Source: Fidelibacterota bacterium (GTDB taxonomy: Bacteria > Fidelibacterota > Fidelibacteria > Fidelibacterales > Fidelibacteraceae). Taken from it: DNA of 35,410 bases. Positions 11,055 to 20,943 of the stretch are shown here, in pieces. Location: positions 1 to 35,410 of the forward strand of contig JAYEOX010000135.1 in assembly GCA_034723415.1 (NCBI GenBank), written 5' to 3'. Made by a program: the position numbers and the translations under genes. The first letter of the stretch is position 1. Every line of letters starts with the position of its first letter. The notes beneath the pieces are model-generated. The model was not told the origin of the DNA. It searched no databases and saw nothing but the letters and a program-made list of their open reading frames with translations.

Positions 11055-11058
11055 GACT

Positions 11059-11406
11059 TTATTTTTTAATATCTCGCAATATTTCTTTAATTCTTTCTGC
11101 TTTTTTAAATGATTCATCTTTTTTTATTGTAATTTCCGGAACATTTCTCAAAATTAAATTATCTGCTATCTCTTTTCTTATGCGATTTCGATTCTTTATT
11201 ACTGATTCCAAACACTCTTCTTGTTCAATATCAGTTTGTAAATTAAGAATACTTATATAAATTTTTGCATACTTCAAATCAGGTGAAATATCAACTTTAG
11301 TTAAAGTAATAAATGATTTTTCACATTTGTTAAATGTATTCCTTATAAAGAACTCGCTAACAATATGTTTTATCTCTTCACTTACTTTTTTCTGTCTTCT
11401 ATTCAT
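11059..11406 (-). CDS. rbfA: 30S ribosome-binding factor A
   Basis: ITLTKVDISPDLKYAKIY and LRNVPEI motifs. Lies between infB and truB. Confidence 0.93.
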   Translation of the reverse strand: MNRRQKKVSEEIKHIVSEFFIRNTFNKCEKSFITLTKVDISPDLKYAKIYISILNLQTDIEQEECLESVIKNRNRIRKEIADNLILRNVPEITIKKDESFKKAERIKEILRDIKK

Positions 11407-11409
11407 TTT

Positions 11410-13980
11410 TTATTTACTTTTTAATTTTCTCTTAACTGCTTTTTCTACATAACATTCAATTATGTCATCAATTTTAATATCATTAAAACCATCAATTGTA
11501 ATTCCACATTCGTATCCTTCTGCAACTTCTTTGGCATCATTTTTAAATCTTTTTAGACTAGATAAATACCCGGAAAATATTTTATTACCATCTCGTAATA
11601 TATTAATTGTAGAATTCCTAACCATTTTACCTGAAATAACGGCACAACCAGCAATATCACCAATACGAGAGATTTTAATAATATCACGCACTTCGGCTTT
11701 CCCTACTTCCTGATGAAATCTCTCCGGTTCCAACATCCCTTCCAAAGCTAATTTCACTTCTTCAACAGCATCATAAATGATTGTATAATTTCTGATTTCA
11801 ATATTTAATTCATTTGCTAGATCATTTGCTTGAGAAGTTGCATTTACATGAAATCCAATAATAATTGCATTCGAAGCTGATGCTAAATTAATATCAGTTT
11901 CGGTTATCATTCCCGATCCCTTATGAACAATTTTTACAGCAACTTCTTTGGTTGATAATTTCATAAAAGAATCGGCAAGTGCCTCAATTGAACCATCTGC
12001 ATCCCCTTTAATGATTATTGCAAGTTCTCTTGTTTTCCCTTCAGCAATTTGCCTCCCTATTTCATCAAGAGTTATTATTGATTGTGATCTAAATTCTTGT
12101 TCTCTATGGATCTTTTGTCTTTCACTGGCAATCCTTTTAACAGCTTTCTCATCATCTAAACAAATGAAATTATCTCCGGCTTGTGGCACATTACCAAAAC
12201 CTTGAATTTGGACTGAGTCACTAGGATAAGCAACCTCTAATTTCTCATTTTTATCATTGGTCATTGCTCTTACTCGCCCGGAAGATCTGCCACAAATAAA
12301 AGGATCACCAATTTTTAGAGTTCCCTGTTTAATTAATACAGTAGCAACTGCTCCCAATCCCTTATCTAATTTTGATTCAACAACATTACCTTTAGCATTA
12401 CCTTTTTTAGTCGACTTCAATTCAAGCATTTCTGATTCTAATAAAATAGCGTCTAATAATTTATCAATATTTGTCCCATTTTTTGCTGATATTTCAACTG
12501 ATTGTATCTTTCCACCCCAATCTTCAACTAATATTTTATTTTCCGAAAGTTCTCGCTTAACTTTATCAATATCTGCGTTTGGCTTATCAATTTTATTAAT
12601 AGCAATAATAATTGAAACATCGGATGCTTCTGCATGGCTTATTGCCTCTTTTGTCTGTGGCATAACTCCATCATCAGCAGCTACAACAATAATTGCAATA
12701 TCAGTTATTTTTGCACCTCTTGCTCTCATTGCGGTAAAAGCCTCATGACCAGGTGTATCTATGAAAGTAATTTGTTTCCCATTGTCTAATGTAACTTTAT
12801 AAGCACCAATATGTTGAGTGATTCCGCCTGACTCTTTATCTGCAATATTTGTTTTCTTAATATAATCTAAAATCGATGTTTTACCATGATCTACATGTCC
12901 CAAAACAGATACTATTGGTGCTCTTTCTTCTAAAGATCCATCCTCTATATCCTTTTTCTCTTCAATGATTCCTTCTGTATATTCTTCCATTTTTTTTGCT
13001 TCAAAATCAAATTCAGAACATAAAAGCTCAATTGTATCCCAATCCAATCTTTGATTAATAGAAACCATTAATCCTATTTCCATACATTTAGTAATAACTT
13101 CATTAGCTGTAACATCTAAACGTTTACTTAAATCATCTACACTAATAAATTCTGTCAATTCAAGTATATTATTTTTTTCTTCGGAAATGTTATCAATTTC
13201 TTTTTTTCTTTTTCTCTTTTTTTTCGATTTACCTTGATCTATTTTCGCAAGTGTTGTTTGTAAATTTTTATCCACCGCATGTTGTTCAACTCTTTTTTTA
13301 CGTTTTTTTGATCTTTTACTAACCTTTTCATCTTGCTTATCTTTACTGCTTTTTTTCGCTTTTAATTTCTTTAGACGAGATTTTAATGGAAATACTTGAA
13401 CTCTTTTATTGATTCCCTTATGTTTTTCTTTTAATTTTTGTAACTTTTCTTTTAGTTTATCTTCTTTAATATCTTTGTCTGTTTTTTTAGCTACCTTTTT
13501 TCTTTTCTTATGTTTTTTTGATACGCCCTTTAATTTTTCTTCTTTTTCTAATAACTTTTTTGCTTCTGCTTCTGCTTTTTTCCGCTTTATTGTATCTTCT
13601 TTTTCTTTTTCTTTTTTTCGTTTTTTTTCTAAAATCTCTTCTTCTTCAATTTTTTTCTCATTTTTTAATTCCATTTCTCGTGCTGCTTCTGCCTTTTCTC
13701 GTGCTGCTTCTTCTTTTAATCTCTTTTTTTTCTCCGTTTCCTGTTTATCTTGCAAAGTAGTCGTAAGTTTTTTATCAATTTGAACATTACTAGAATTATC
13801 TTTGAGATCTTTACCAAACTTATCTAATACAATTTTAATAACATCTTCATCTAATGGTTTATTAATTGAAGTTTTAATTTTTTTTGATCTTAAATATGTA
13901 ATAATATCTTTATGAGATATATTCAATTGTTTTGCTAATTGAAAGATTTTTATTCGCTTATTATTTATAGTAACTGGCAT
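11410..13980 (-). CDS. infB: Translation initiation factor IF-2
   Basis: GHVDHGKT, GGITQHIGAY, DTPGHEAF and NKID motifs, with a Lys/Glu-rich N-terminal linker. Confidence 0.98.
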   Translation of the reverse strand: MPVTINNKRIKIFQLAKQLNISHKDIITYLRSKKIKTSINKPLDEDVIKIVLDKFGKDLKDNSSNVQIDKKLTTTLQDKQETEKKKRLKEEAAREKAEAAREMELKNEKKIEEEEILEKKRKKEKEKEDTIKRKKAEAEAKKLLEKEEKLKGVSKKHKKRKKVAKKTDKDIKEDKLKEKLQKLKEKHKGINKRVQVFPLKSRLKKLKAKKSSKDKQDEKVSKRSKKRKKRVEQHAVDKNLQTTLAKIDQGKSKKKRKRKKEIDNISEEKNNILELTEFISVDDLSKRLDVTANEVITKCMEIGLMVSINQRLDWDTIELLCSEFDFEAKKMEEYTEGIIEEKKDIEDGSLEERAPIVSVLGHVDHGKTSILDYIKKTNIADKESGGITQHIGAYKVTLDNGKQITFIDTPGHEAFTAMRARGAKITDIAIIVVAADDGVMPQTKEAISHAEASDVSIIIAINKIDKPNADIDKVKRELSENKILVEDWGGKIQSVEISAKNGTNIDKLLDAILLESEMLELKSTKKGNAKGNVVESKLDKGLGAVATVLIKQGTLKIGDPFICGRSSGRVRAMTNDKNEKLEVAYPSDSVQIQGFGNVPQAGDNFICLDDEKAVKRIASERQKIHREQEFRSQSIITLDEIGRQIAEGKTRELAIIIKGDADGSIEALADSFMKLSTKEVAVKIVHKGSGMITETDINLASASNAIIIGFHVNATSQANDLANELNIEIRNYTIIYDAVEEVKLALEGMLEPERFHQEVGKAEVRDIIKISRIGDIAGCAVISGKMVRNSTINILRDGNKIFSGYLSSLKRFKNDAKEVAEGYECGITIDGFNDIKIDDIIECYVEKAVKRKLKSK

Positions 13981-14012
13981 TAAGAAGCTCCTAATTTATA
14001 CCTATTCTAATT

Positions 14013-15311
14013 TTATTTATTCTGATCCAAATCTAATTCTTTTTCTTCCTCTTCTTCTCTCTTATTTTCTAATGCTTCTTGTATTATTAATTCTAATTTT
14101 TCAAATGTTTTCTCACCAATTCCTTTAATGTTTAATAATTTTTCAGTATCAGTATTTAAGAAATCCGCAACTGTTTCAATTTCTTCATTTTGAAAGGCTT
14201 TTGCTTGTGTGTCAGTAATTGCATCAATATCTTCAAGAAAAATGTCATCACCTTCTAAACGATTATATTCTGATTGACGAATAGCATCAATTTCATAACC
14301 GGTTACTCGTGAAGTAAGATTAATATTTACACCACCGGATCCAATGGCAGTAGCAATTTCCTCATCTTCAAAAACGGCTAAAGCATATTTCCTTTCTTCA
14401 TCAATTTCAATAAAAGATGGTTTCGCAGGTGATAAAGCTCTTGAAATCAATAGTTCGGATTCAACACTATAATTAATAATATCAATATTTTCACCACCTA
14501 CCTCATTAACTATTGTCTTTATTCTATTTCCCTTAATTCCAACACAAGCTCCAACCGGATCAATTCTCTTATCATTTGTTGTTACAACTATTTTACTTCT
14601 TCGCCCTGGTATTCTGGCAATTGTTTTAATTTCTACAATCCCATCATAAATTTCTGGTACTTCCAATTCAAAAAGTCGTCTTAAAAACAATTCATCTGAT
14701 CTCGATATTATTATTTCCGGTCCCTTGCTACTAATTTGCACATCTTTTATTACCGCCTTTATTGTATAACCACGGTAATATCTTTCGGTAGGAATTTGTT
14801 CATTCCTTGGCATTTTTAATTCTATTTTATCATTATTGATAAATACAGTTCCATTTCTTCTTGCCTGATGAATATTACCAACAACAATCTCTCCAATACG
14901 TTTTTCATATTCATTAAATACCTGTTCCCTTTCTATTTCAATGATCTTTTGACTTAATATTTGTTTAGCCGCAGAAATTGACCTTCTTCCAAAAACAGAC
15001 GGGTCAATTATTTTTACAACAACTTCTCCAATTTCTACATCTTCAGAATCGGGCATTTTTATTGCATCAGAAAACGATATCTGTGATACTTCATCATCCA
15101 TATCTTCATCAGCAACTACGTTAAGTTCTTGATATATCTCTATTTCGCCCATCTTTGTATTAACAATAATATCAAAATTATCAACATCACCAAATTTTTT
15201 CCTTATTAGTGATTCAATTACATTTTCAATAATATTACCAACTTTTGCTCTAGGTATATTTTTTTCCTTTGCTAATTCTATAAATGCTTCAATAAGTTTT
15301 TTTTGATCCAA
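14013..15311 (-). CDS. nusA: Transcription termination/antitermination factor NusA
   Basis: S1 and KH domains (ARIPGRRSKI, DPVGACVG, AIGSGGVN) and a C-terminal HhH (IKGIGEKT). TTG start with AGGAG RBS. Confidence 0.97.
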   Translation of the reverse strand: MDQKKLIEAFIELAKEKNIPRAKVGNIIENVIESLIRKKFGDVDNFDIIVNTKMGEIEIYQELNVVADEDMDDEVSQISFSDAIKMPDSEDVEIGEVVVKIIDPSVFGRRSISAAKQILSQKIIEIEREQVFNEYEKRIGEIVVGNIHQARRNGTVFINNDKIELKMPRNEQIPTERYYRGYTIKAVIKDVQISSKGPEIIISRSDELFLRRLFELEVPEIYDGIVEIKTIARIPGRRSKIVVTTNDKRIDPVGACVGIKGNRIKTIVNEVGGENIDIINYSVESELLISRALSPAKPSFIEIDEERKYALAVFEDEEIATAIGSGGVNINLTSRVTGYEIDAIRQSEYNRLEGDDIFLEDIDAITDTQAKAFQNEEIETVADFLNTDTEKLLNIKGIGEKTFEKLELIIQEALENKREEEEEKELDLDQNK

Positions 15312-15326
15312 AACAACAACTCCTAT

Positions 15327-15776
15327 TTACCATTTTAATTTTAATTTTGCATATTTAATTTCGTTATAGTTTAATTCTACTATTTCTTTTTTCTTCTTGT
15401 CTTTTATTTCTAATAATATTTTTTCATTATCAGCTTCTATTATTTTACCTTTTTTTGAACTTCTAATATTTTGATCTTCAAAAAATATTTTTACATTATA
15501 ACCAATATTACGTATAAATTGATATGGTTTTTTCATTTTATTATATAACCCGGGTGATGTTATTTCATAATTATATTTATCACCAATAATATTATCAAAA
15601 TTTTCATCATTTGACAGAGCATGAGAAAAATTTGTCAGCTCATCTAATTTTATACCTTCCTTTTTATCGGCAATGATTTTTATCTTATTGCCAATATTAT
15701 CAATAATTATTTCATCAATAATTATTCCCATTTCCTCCGCTATTTTATTGGCAGATTCTTTTATTTTATCTTTCAT
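15327..15776 (-). CDS. rimP: Ribosome maturation factor RimP
   Basis: YEITSPG motif and position upstream of nusA. Start at ATG 15776 after GAGGGA. Confidence 0.85.
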   Translation of the reverse strand: MKDKIKESANKIAEEMGIIIDEIIIDNIGNKIKIIADKKEGIKLDELTNFSHALSNDENFDNIIGDKYNYEITSPGLYNKMKKPYQFIRNIGYNVKIFFEDQNIRSSKKGKIIEADNEKILLEIKDKKKKEIVELNYNEIKYAKLKLKW

Positions 15777-15793
15777 ACATCCCTCATACAACA

Positions 15794-15815
15794 AAAGTGG
15801 GATATCTCCCACTTT
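15794..15815 (-). promoter_or_regulatory. rimP leader hairpin (attenuator-like)
   Basis: Minus strand reads AAAGTGGGA-GATA-TCCCACTTTT, about 18 nt before the rimP start. This matches the short GUGGG..CCCAC hairpin known upstream of rimP-nusA-infB operons. Confidence 0.75.
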
Positions 15816-15861
15816 ACATTGTATAATATACGAATTATTTTTAGATATCCAAATATTTTAT

Positions 15862-16548
15862 TTAATTATTTTTTAATTCTAATATCATTCTAAATGATTT
15901 AATTCTATCATTTTCTAAATCGCTTAATTTATGTTTGTTCGCAATTTTTGTTATTAACTTATTTGCCTCTTCATATTCTTTGGCTTTTATCAAACATTCA
16001 ATTGATTGAAATGCGTAATCAATTTTCTTAAATTCTAATGGCGTTATCTTATATGCACTTTTATAATTTATCCCTGCTTCAAGAAAATTATCATTATCTT
16101 CATATATTTTTGCCAAACCATTATAAGCAGCACCATTAATTACATTAGCATCACAATTTTTATCTAAATAATCATTAAAATACTTGGTTGCTTCATCAAA
16201 TTTATTTTGATTATAATTTATATACCCTAAATAATATAATGTAAGGTCACTGTATTTTGTGCCGGGAAATAATTCATTTACTTCCTCAAATTTCTTAGTA
16301 GCATTTTTATATTGTTGGCTACTTAAATAAAATTGAGCGATACCAAATTGTCCAGCCGCTTCTTCATTTTTCTTATTTTGTGAATTAAAATAATACCAGC
16401 CAATCAATATTACTAAAATAATTACCAATAAAGATATTATGATAACTTGCTGATTTTGTTTATAAAACCTAAACGATTCATCGATCTTTTCAAAAAATGG
16501 ATCCTTTTTCAATTCTTTCTTCTTTATTTTTTTCCTTGCTTTTAACAT
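15862..16548 (-). CDS. Membrane-anchored tetratricopeptide repeat protein (YfgM-like)
   Basis: Basic N-terminus, one TM helix and TPR repeats. Start at ATG 16548 after GGGAG; the longer ORF call overlaps the tRNA. Confidence 0.8.
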   Translation of the reverse strand: MLKARKKIKKKELKKDPFFEKIDESFRFYKQNQQVIIISLLVIILVILIGWYYFNSQNKKNEEAAGQFGIAQFYLSSQQYKNATKKFEEVNELFPGTKYSDLTLYYLGYINYNQNKFDEATKYFNDYLDKNCDANVINGAAYNGLAKIYEDNDNFLEAGINYKSAYKITPLEFKKIDYAFQSIECLIKAKEYEEANKLITKIANKHKLSDLENDRIKSFRMILELKNN

Positions 16549-16566
16549 ACTTCTCCCTTTTTTAAG

Positions 16567-16640
16567 TACCCCTGGCCCGACTTGAACGGGCGACAACAGC
16601 TTTAGGAAAGCTGTGCTCTATCCACCTGAGCTACAGGGGC
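16567..16640 (-). tRNA. tRNA-Arg (anticodon CCT)
   Basis: GCCCCTGTAGCTCAGGTGGATAGAGCA-CAGCT-TTCCTAA-AGCTG-TTGTC-GCCCG-TTCAAGT-CGGGC-CAGGGGTA folds into a cloverleaf. CCA is not encoded. Confidence 0.96.
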
Positions 16641-16698
16641 TAAATTTCACCTAATATTAACTTATTTTTCAAATAATAACAACCAATTTTCTATACTT

Positions 16699-18462
16699 TT
16701 ACAAAATTAAATTTAAAATACTGCCAACAACCAATGTAGATAACATCATAATCGCTGCAGATTTTGCCATATCTTTAAGGCCTAATTCTTTTAATAACAC
16801 AGTAAATGTTGCAATACAGGGAAAATACATTGTCAATATTACAGAAGAAATTATCATCTGTTTCATAGATAATCCCAATGGAACTAACATTCCCACCGCT
16901 ACATCTTTTCTTAGAAATCCAACAATTAATGCACCAACTGTTTCCTTTGGCAACCCCATCAAACCGGTGATTATTGGACTTACTAAATTCCCCAAAAAAT
17001 CTATTACATGTAAAACATATAAAATATTTATTATTAATACACCTAACAATACATAAGGAACGGCTTCTTTTATAAACCAAACAATTCTCATCCACAATTT
17101 TTTTAATAATGATTTAAAATATGGTATTCTATAAGATGGAATTTCAGTAAATATTTCAGGACTTGTTCCCTTGACAAATTTATTCATTAGAAGACCTAAA
17201 ATGATCCAAACTATGAACAATATTCCAAAAACAATAATAATTGCTTTTACTCCATATTTACCAAGCAATCCAAAAACCATAGCGATCTGTGCCATACAAG
17301 GAACTGCAATAGCCATCAATGTACTGGCAATAAATTTTTCTCTGCGTGTTTCTAATATCCTTGTTGCCAACGCACCCGGAACATTACAACCAATTCCCAA
17401 CAACATCGGTATTATTGCTAACCCATGTATTCCCAATTTATGCATCAAATTATCAACAAGTATTCCTAAACGCGGCAAATAACCGGAATCTTCTAAGAAA
17501 CTTAAAACAAAATAAAATGCAGTTATATATGGCAGTATCATTGCAATTGGAACAAATAATCCGGTGGAAAGCATGCCCATTGAATCTAGATAACTTATCT
17601 CCCCATCTATTACTTGCCCAATCAAAATATCATGTAAAAAACCACTCCCATTAAATAATGCAGATATTTTTAGTAATACAGGTGTCCAAAAATTTTCAAA
17701 CATTGGTTCAAACAAATATGTTATTAATGATTCACCAACTAATCGAATTATTGAAAAAGATAATCCCAAAACAATAATTGCGACAATTAGACCACTCAAC
17801 GGATGAATTGACAAATCACTAAGTTTTTCACCAATTGTATGATGCTTGTGTTTTAATTTCTGAACCTGTTCAACAATTGCACCTATTTGCCCCCACTTAT
17901 TTTTTTCAATAGTATCTTTTGTAGAATTCTTGCTTAACAAATCACTTTTTTTTACATTATGTAAATTATCAACAAGATTTTTTATTCCTTCACCAGTAAT
18001 TCCACAAGTGGTTATCACAGGAACACCTAAAATATTCTCTAATTTTTCTCTATCAATACTTACACCCGTATGACCAGCTTCATCCCAAAAATTTAATACA
18101 ACTATTAAAGGAATATTTTTTTTTATCAACTCGTATGTAAGATTAAGATTCCTTTCTAAATTTGTGGAATCAATTATATTTATAAATATATTTTTATTTT
18201 TTTCTTTTATCGCTTCTTCAAAAATCTTTACTGCAACTTCTTCGGCTTTCATTGTAGGTTCAAGTGAATATATTCCGGGAATATCCACTATTTCCATTTT
18301 ATCATCACCTAATTTTAAATATCCTTTTGTATATTCTACGGTAGTTCCGTGATAATTTGATACAATTACCTTAACACCTGTTAATCTTGAGAATATAGCA
18401 CTTTTACCAACATTGGGATTACCAATCAGCATTAATTTCTTATTATTTAGTTTATCATTCAT
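16699..18462 (-). CDS. feoB: Ferrous iron transporter FeoB (short form)
   Basis: G-domain GNPNVGKS / GTTVE / DIPG / NFWD. Membrane motifs LEDSGYLPR, GIGCNVP and YFPCIAT. Confidence 0.95.
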   Translation of the reverse strand: MNDKLNNKKLMLIGNPNVGKSAIFSRLTGVKVIVSNYHGTTVEYTKGYLKLGDDKMEIVDIPGIYSLEPTMKAEEVAVKIFEEAIKEKNKNIFINIIDSTNLERNLNLTYELIKKNIPLIVVLNFWDEAGHTGVSIDREKLENILGVPVITTCGITGEGIKNLVDNLHNVKKSDLLSKNSTKDTIEKNKWGQIGAIVEQVQKLKHKHHTIGEKLSDLSIHPLSGLIVAIIVLGLSFSIIRLVGESLITYLFEPMFENFWTPVLLKISALFNGSGFLHDILIGQVIDGEISYLDSMGMLSTGLFVPIAMILPYITAFYFVLSFLEDSGYLPRLGILVDNLMHKLGIHGLAIIPMLLGIGCNVPGALATRILETRREKFIASTLMAIAVPCMAQIAMVFGLLGKYGVKAIIIVFGILFIVWIILGLLMNKFVKGTSPEIFTEIPSYRIPYFKSLLKKLWMRIVWFIKEAVPYVLLGVLIINILYVLHVIDFLGNLVSPIITGLMGLPKETVGALIVGFLRKDVAVGMLVPLGLSMKQMIISSVILTMYFPCIATFTVLLKELGLKDMAKSAAIMMLSTLVVGSILNLIL

Positions 18463-18497
18463 AAAGCATATCTAAGTAAAGATCTTTTAATTTGTTT

Positions 18498-18722
18498 TTA
18501 TAATTCTTCCACAATGATTTTTTCTGCCATACCAATACCTAATGCAAAATCTGTATTTCCAATTTTTATTGTAATTGGGCCATTCATAAATTGTGCTGAT
18601 CTTTTCTCTACCAGTGATCCTACTCTCATCCCTAATGCTTCTGCTCTTTTTTTAAACATTATACCACCAGCCAATTTAATTATTCTAACTTTTTTACCAA
18701 TCTTTATTTCTTTTAAATTCAT
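18498..18722 (-). CDS. feoA: FeoA family protein
   Basis: 74 aa with LGMRVGS, GPITIKIG and FALGIGMAEKI. Directly upstream of feoB. Confidence 0.92.
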   Translation of the reverse strand: MNLKEIKIGKKVRIIKLAGGIMFKKRAEALGMRVGSLVEKRSAQFMNGPITIKIGNTDFALGIGMAEKIIVEEL

Positions 18723-18854
18723 AATATCAATCCATTTTTAATTATCTGTAAAGTTAATATAATTATTATTAATTTACAACTATAAAAACGTATATTAAAA
18801 TCAACTCAAAGACATATTTTCTATTAAAATCAAAATTAGTCAAGTTATTTTTAA

Positions 18855-19016
18855 CTTGTAACGGGAAAATTTGTAGAGAAATTAGTTAATGAGAATAAAG
18901 AAGCCGGTTCATATTCTGTGAAGTGGAATGCATCACAATTTAGTTCGGGAATATATTTATACAAAATCCAAGCAAATGAATTTACCGATGTAAACAAATG
19001 TATTCTTTTAAAATAA
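18855..19016 (+). pseudogene. Orphan remnant of a T9SS/Por-type C-terminal sorting domain
   Basis: Translates LVTGKFVEKLVNENKEAGSYSVKWNASQFSSGIYLYKIQANEFTDVNKCILLK*. There is an in-frame stop at 18852 and no start codon. Confidence 0.8.
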
Positions 19017-19120
19017 CTGTCATCTCCTGTTTTTGCAATAGAACATCCAATTTAAAGATTAGATATAATAACTTTTTTGCTAAAAAATAATCCGAATTCG
19101 GAAATTTATTGCCAATATAA

Positions 19121-19212
19121 AAAATCCTGAAGGGATTAAATATAAATAACTGCAGGCGCCAGCCTGTAGAATAAATGACCACACAACAACAAAACTCCGT
19201 AGGAGTTTAACT
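19121..19212 (+). repeat. Three-hairpin REP-like element, copy 1
   Basis: Hairpins AATCCT-GAA-GGGATT, CTGCAGGC-GCCA-GCCTGTAG and AACTCC-GTA-GGAGTT. Confidence 0.75.
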
Positions 19213-19270
19213 ATTATAATTGTCTAATCGTTAGTGAAAATTTTTAATAAAATGAAAAAATATTTATTAC

Positions 19271-19364
19271 AATTTAACTTCTTTGAAGTTGGAATAGTTT
19301 CCATACATTCGTTTTCTACCGATTCCATCGGCAGTTATTAAAATTAATCAACTTCGTTGATTTT
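19271..19364 (-). repeat. Three-hairpin REP-like element, copy 2 (inverted)
   Basis: Reverse complement gives AATCAAC-GAA-GTTGATT, CTGCCGAT-GGA-ATCGGTAG and AACTTC-AAA-GAAGTT. Shares the AATAACTGC and GTAGAA flanks with copy 1. Confidence 0.75.
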
Positions 19365-19550
19365 CATTTTTTGTTTAACGACTTTGTAAGGAACCCCTTA
19401 TTGCATAAAAAAATGTAATAAGTAAAGTTCAATTGACAGAAAATAATTAGCAATTATTTATAAAAATAAATCTTTCATTTTATTAATATTTTTCTTAAAT
19501 TTAGTGATTTAAAAAAAAAGGAAAAAATGAAAAATAAAAAAGGAGAAAAA

Positions 19551-20927
19551 ATGAAAAATTATGATGTGATTATTATTGGCGGCGGCCCATCAGGAATTAT
19601 TGCCGGAGTAACAGGAAAAAAACAAAATGTTGATAAAAGTTTTTTGATGATAAAAGAAGAGGCAAAAGGATTAATCCCATGTGGAATTCCATACATTTTT
19701 CATGATTTAAATGATGTCTCTAAAGATGCAATGGGTCCTAAACCATTTATAGATGCAGGTGGAGATGTTTTGATTGATAAAGTTATCAATATAGATATCA
19801 CAGAAAAAACTTTAAAAACACAAAATAATGACGAATTCAAATATGAAAAATTAGTTTTCGCAACCGGTTCAACACCAACTATTCCCACTTTTATAAAAGG
19901 AAATGATTTGGAAGGTGTAGAATTCATAAAAAAAAGCTATGATTATATTGAAAAACTAAAAAATGAAACTGACGAAGCAAAAAATATTGTGATAGTTGGT
20001 GGAGGATTTATTGGTGTTGAGGTAGCTGAACAGCTTTCCAAATTTAAAGATAAGAATATATCATTAGTAGAAATGGAAGAATTTTGTCTCTATCGTGCAT
20101 TTTCCAAAGATATCGCAAAAAAAGTAGATGAAATTTTACAAAACACAGAGATTAATTTACTAACAAACAATAAAATCGAAGAAATTATTGGTAAAAACGG
20201 TAAAGTAACAAAAGTAAAATTAGTCAATGGGAAAGAAATTGATGCAGATCTTGTAATTTTCTCAATTGGATACAAACCAAATACAGAATTAGCAAAAAAA
20301 TCCGGTTTGGAAATAACAAGTCAAGGAACAATCCGATGTGATAATTATCTCAGAACAAACAAAAAAGATATTTATGCAATAGGTGATTGCAGCCAAACAA
20401 TTGGTTTTATTACAGGAAGAACAGATAATATTATGCTCGCTTCTACGGCTACATCAGAATCAAGAATTTTAGGATATAACTTATTTGAAATAAATCTTAT
20501 TAGAAACTTTATTGGAACATTATCTGTATTTTCTACCGAAATTGGCGGAACGACATTTGCATCAGTTGGAGCAATTGAACAAGAAGCAAAAGCACATAAT
20601 ATTAATTATATTATCGGAAAATTTGAAGATGTAGATAGACATCCGGGAACAATCAAAGATGCAAATAAATTAATGATAAAACTAATCGTATCACCTAAAA
20701 CAGGTAAAATAATCGGTGGTGAACTTTACGGTGGAAAATCAGCTGGTGAAATTATTAATATATTAAGTTTAGCAATTCAAAAAGAAACTACAGTATATGA
20801 ATTAACCTCTCTTCAATTTGGAACTCATCCACTTCTTACTACGGCTCCAACAAAATATGTACTTATTAAAGCAGCTGAAATGGCTATTCTAAACATTAAA
20901 AAAAAGAACTATAAACTAAATCAATAA
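19551..20927 (+). CDS. FAD-dependent NADH oxidase / CoA-disulfide reductase family oxidoreductase
   Basis: GGGPSG FAD motif, single-Cys PCGIPY, ATGS, GGGFIGVE, YAIGD and C-terminal HP. Start at 19551 after AAGGAG. Confidence 0.88.
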   Translation: MKNYDVIIIGGGPSGIIAGVTGKKQNVDKSFLMIKEEAKGLIPCGIPYIFHDLNDVSKDAMGPKPFIDAGGDVLIDKVINIDITEKTLKTQNNDEFKYEKLVFATGSTPTIPTFIKGNDLEGVEFIKKSYDYIEKLKNETDEAKNIVIVGGGFIGVEVAEQLSKFKDKNISLVEMEEFCLYRAFSKDIAKKVDEILQNTEINLLTNNKIEEIIGKNGKVTKVKLVNGKEIDADLVIFSIGYKPNTELAKKSGLEITSQGTIRCDNYLRTNKKDIYAIGDCSQTIGFITGRTDNIMLASTATSESRILGYNLFEINLIRNFIGTLSVFSTEIGGTTFASVGAIEQEAKAHNINYIIGKFEDVDRHPGTIKDANKLMIKLIVSPKTGKIIGGELYGGKSAGEIINILSLAIQKETTVYELTSLQFGTHPLLTTAPTKYVLIKAAEMAILNIKKKNYKLNQ

Positions 20928-20943
20928 TTAATAAGGAGAAAAA

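Noticed and set aside
13380..13760. Low-complexity T-rich repeats
   Set aside because: They encode the Lys/Glu-rich IF-2 linker, which is ordinary for infB.
18982..19182. 66-aa minus-strand ORF
   Set aside because: It overlaps the hairpin repeat and the CTD remnant, and has no coding signal.
18722..19550. Strand switch as a replication origin/terminus, or a Fur/DtxR box upstream of feoA
   Set aside because: No DnaA-box cluster, dif site or convincing operator palindrome was seen.
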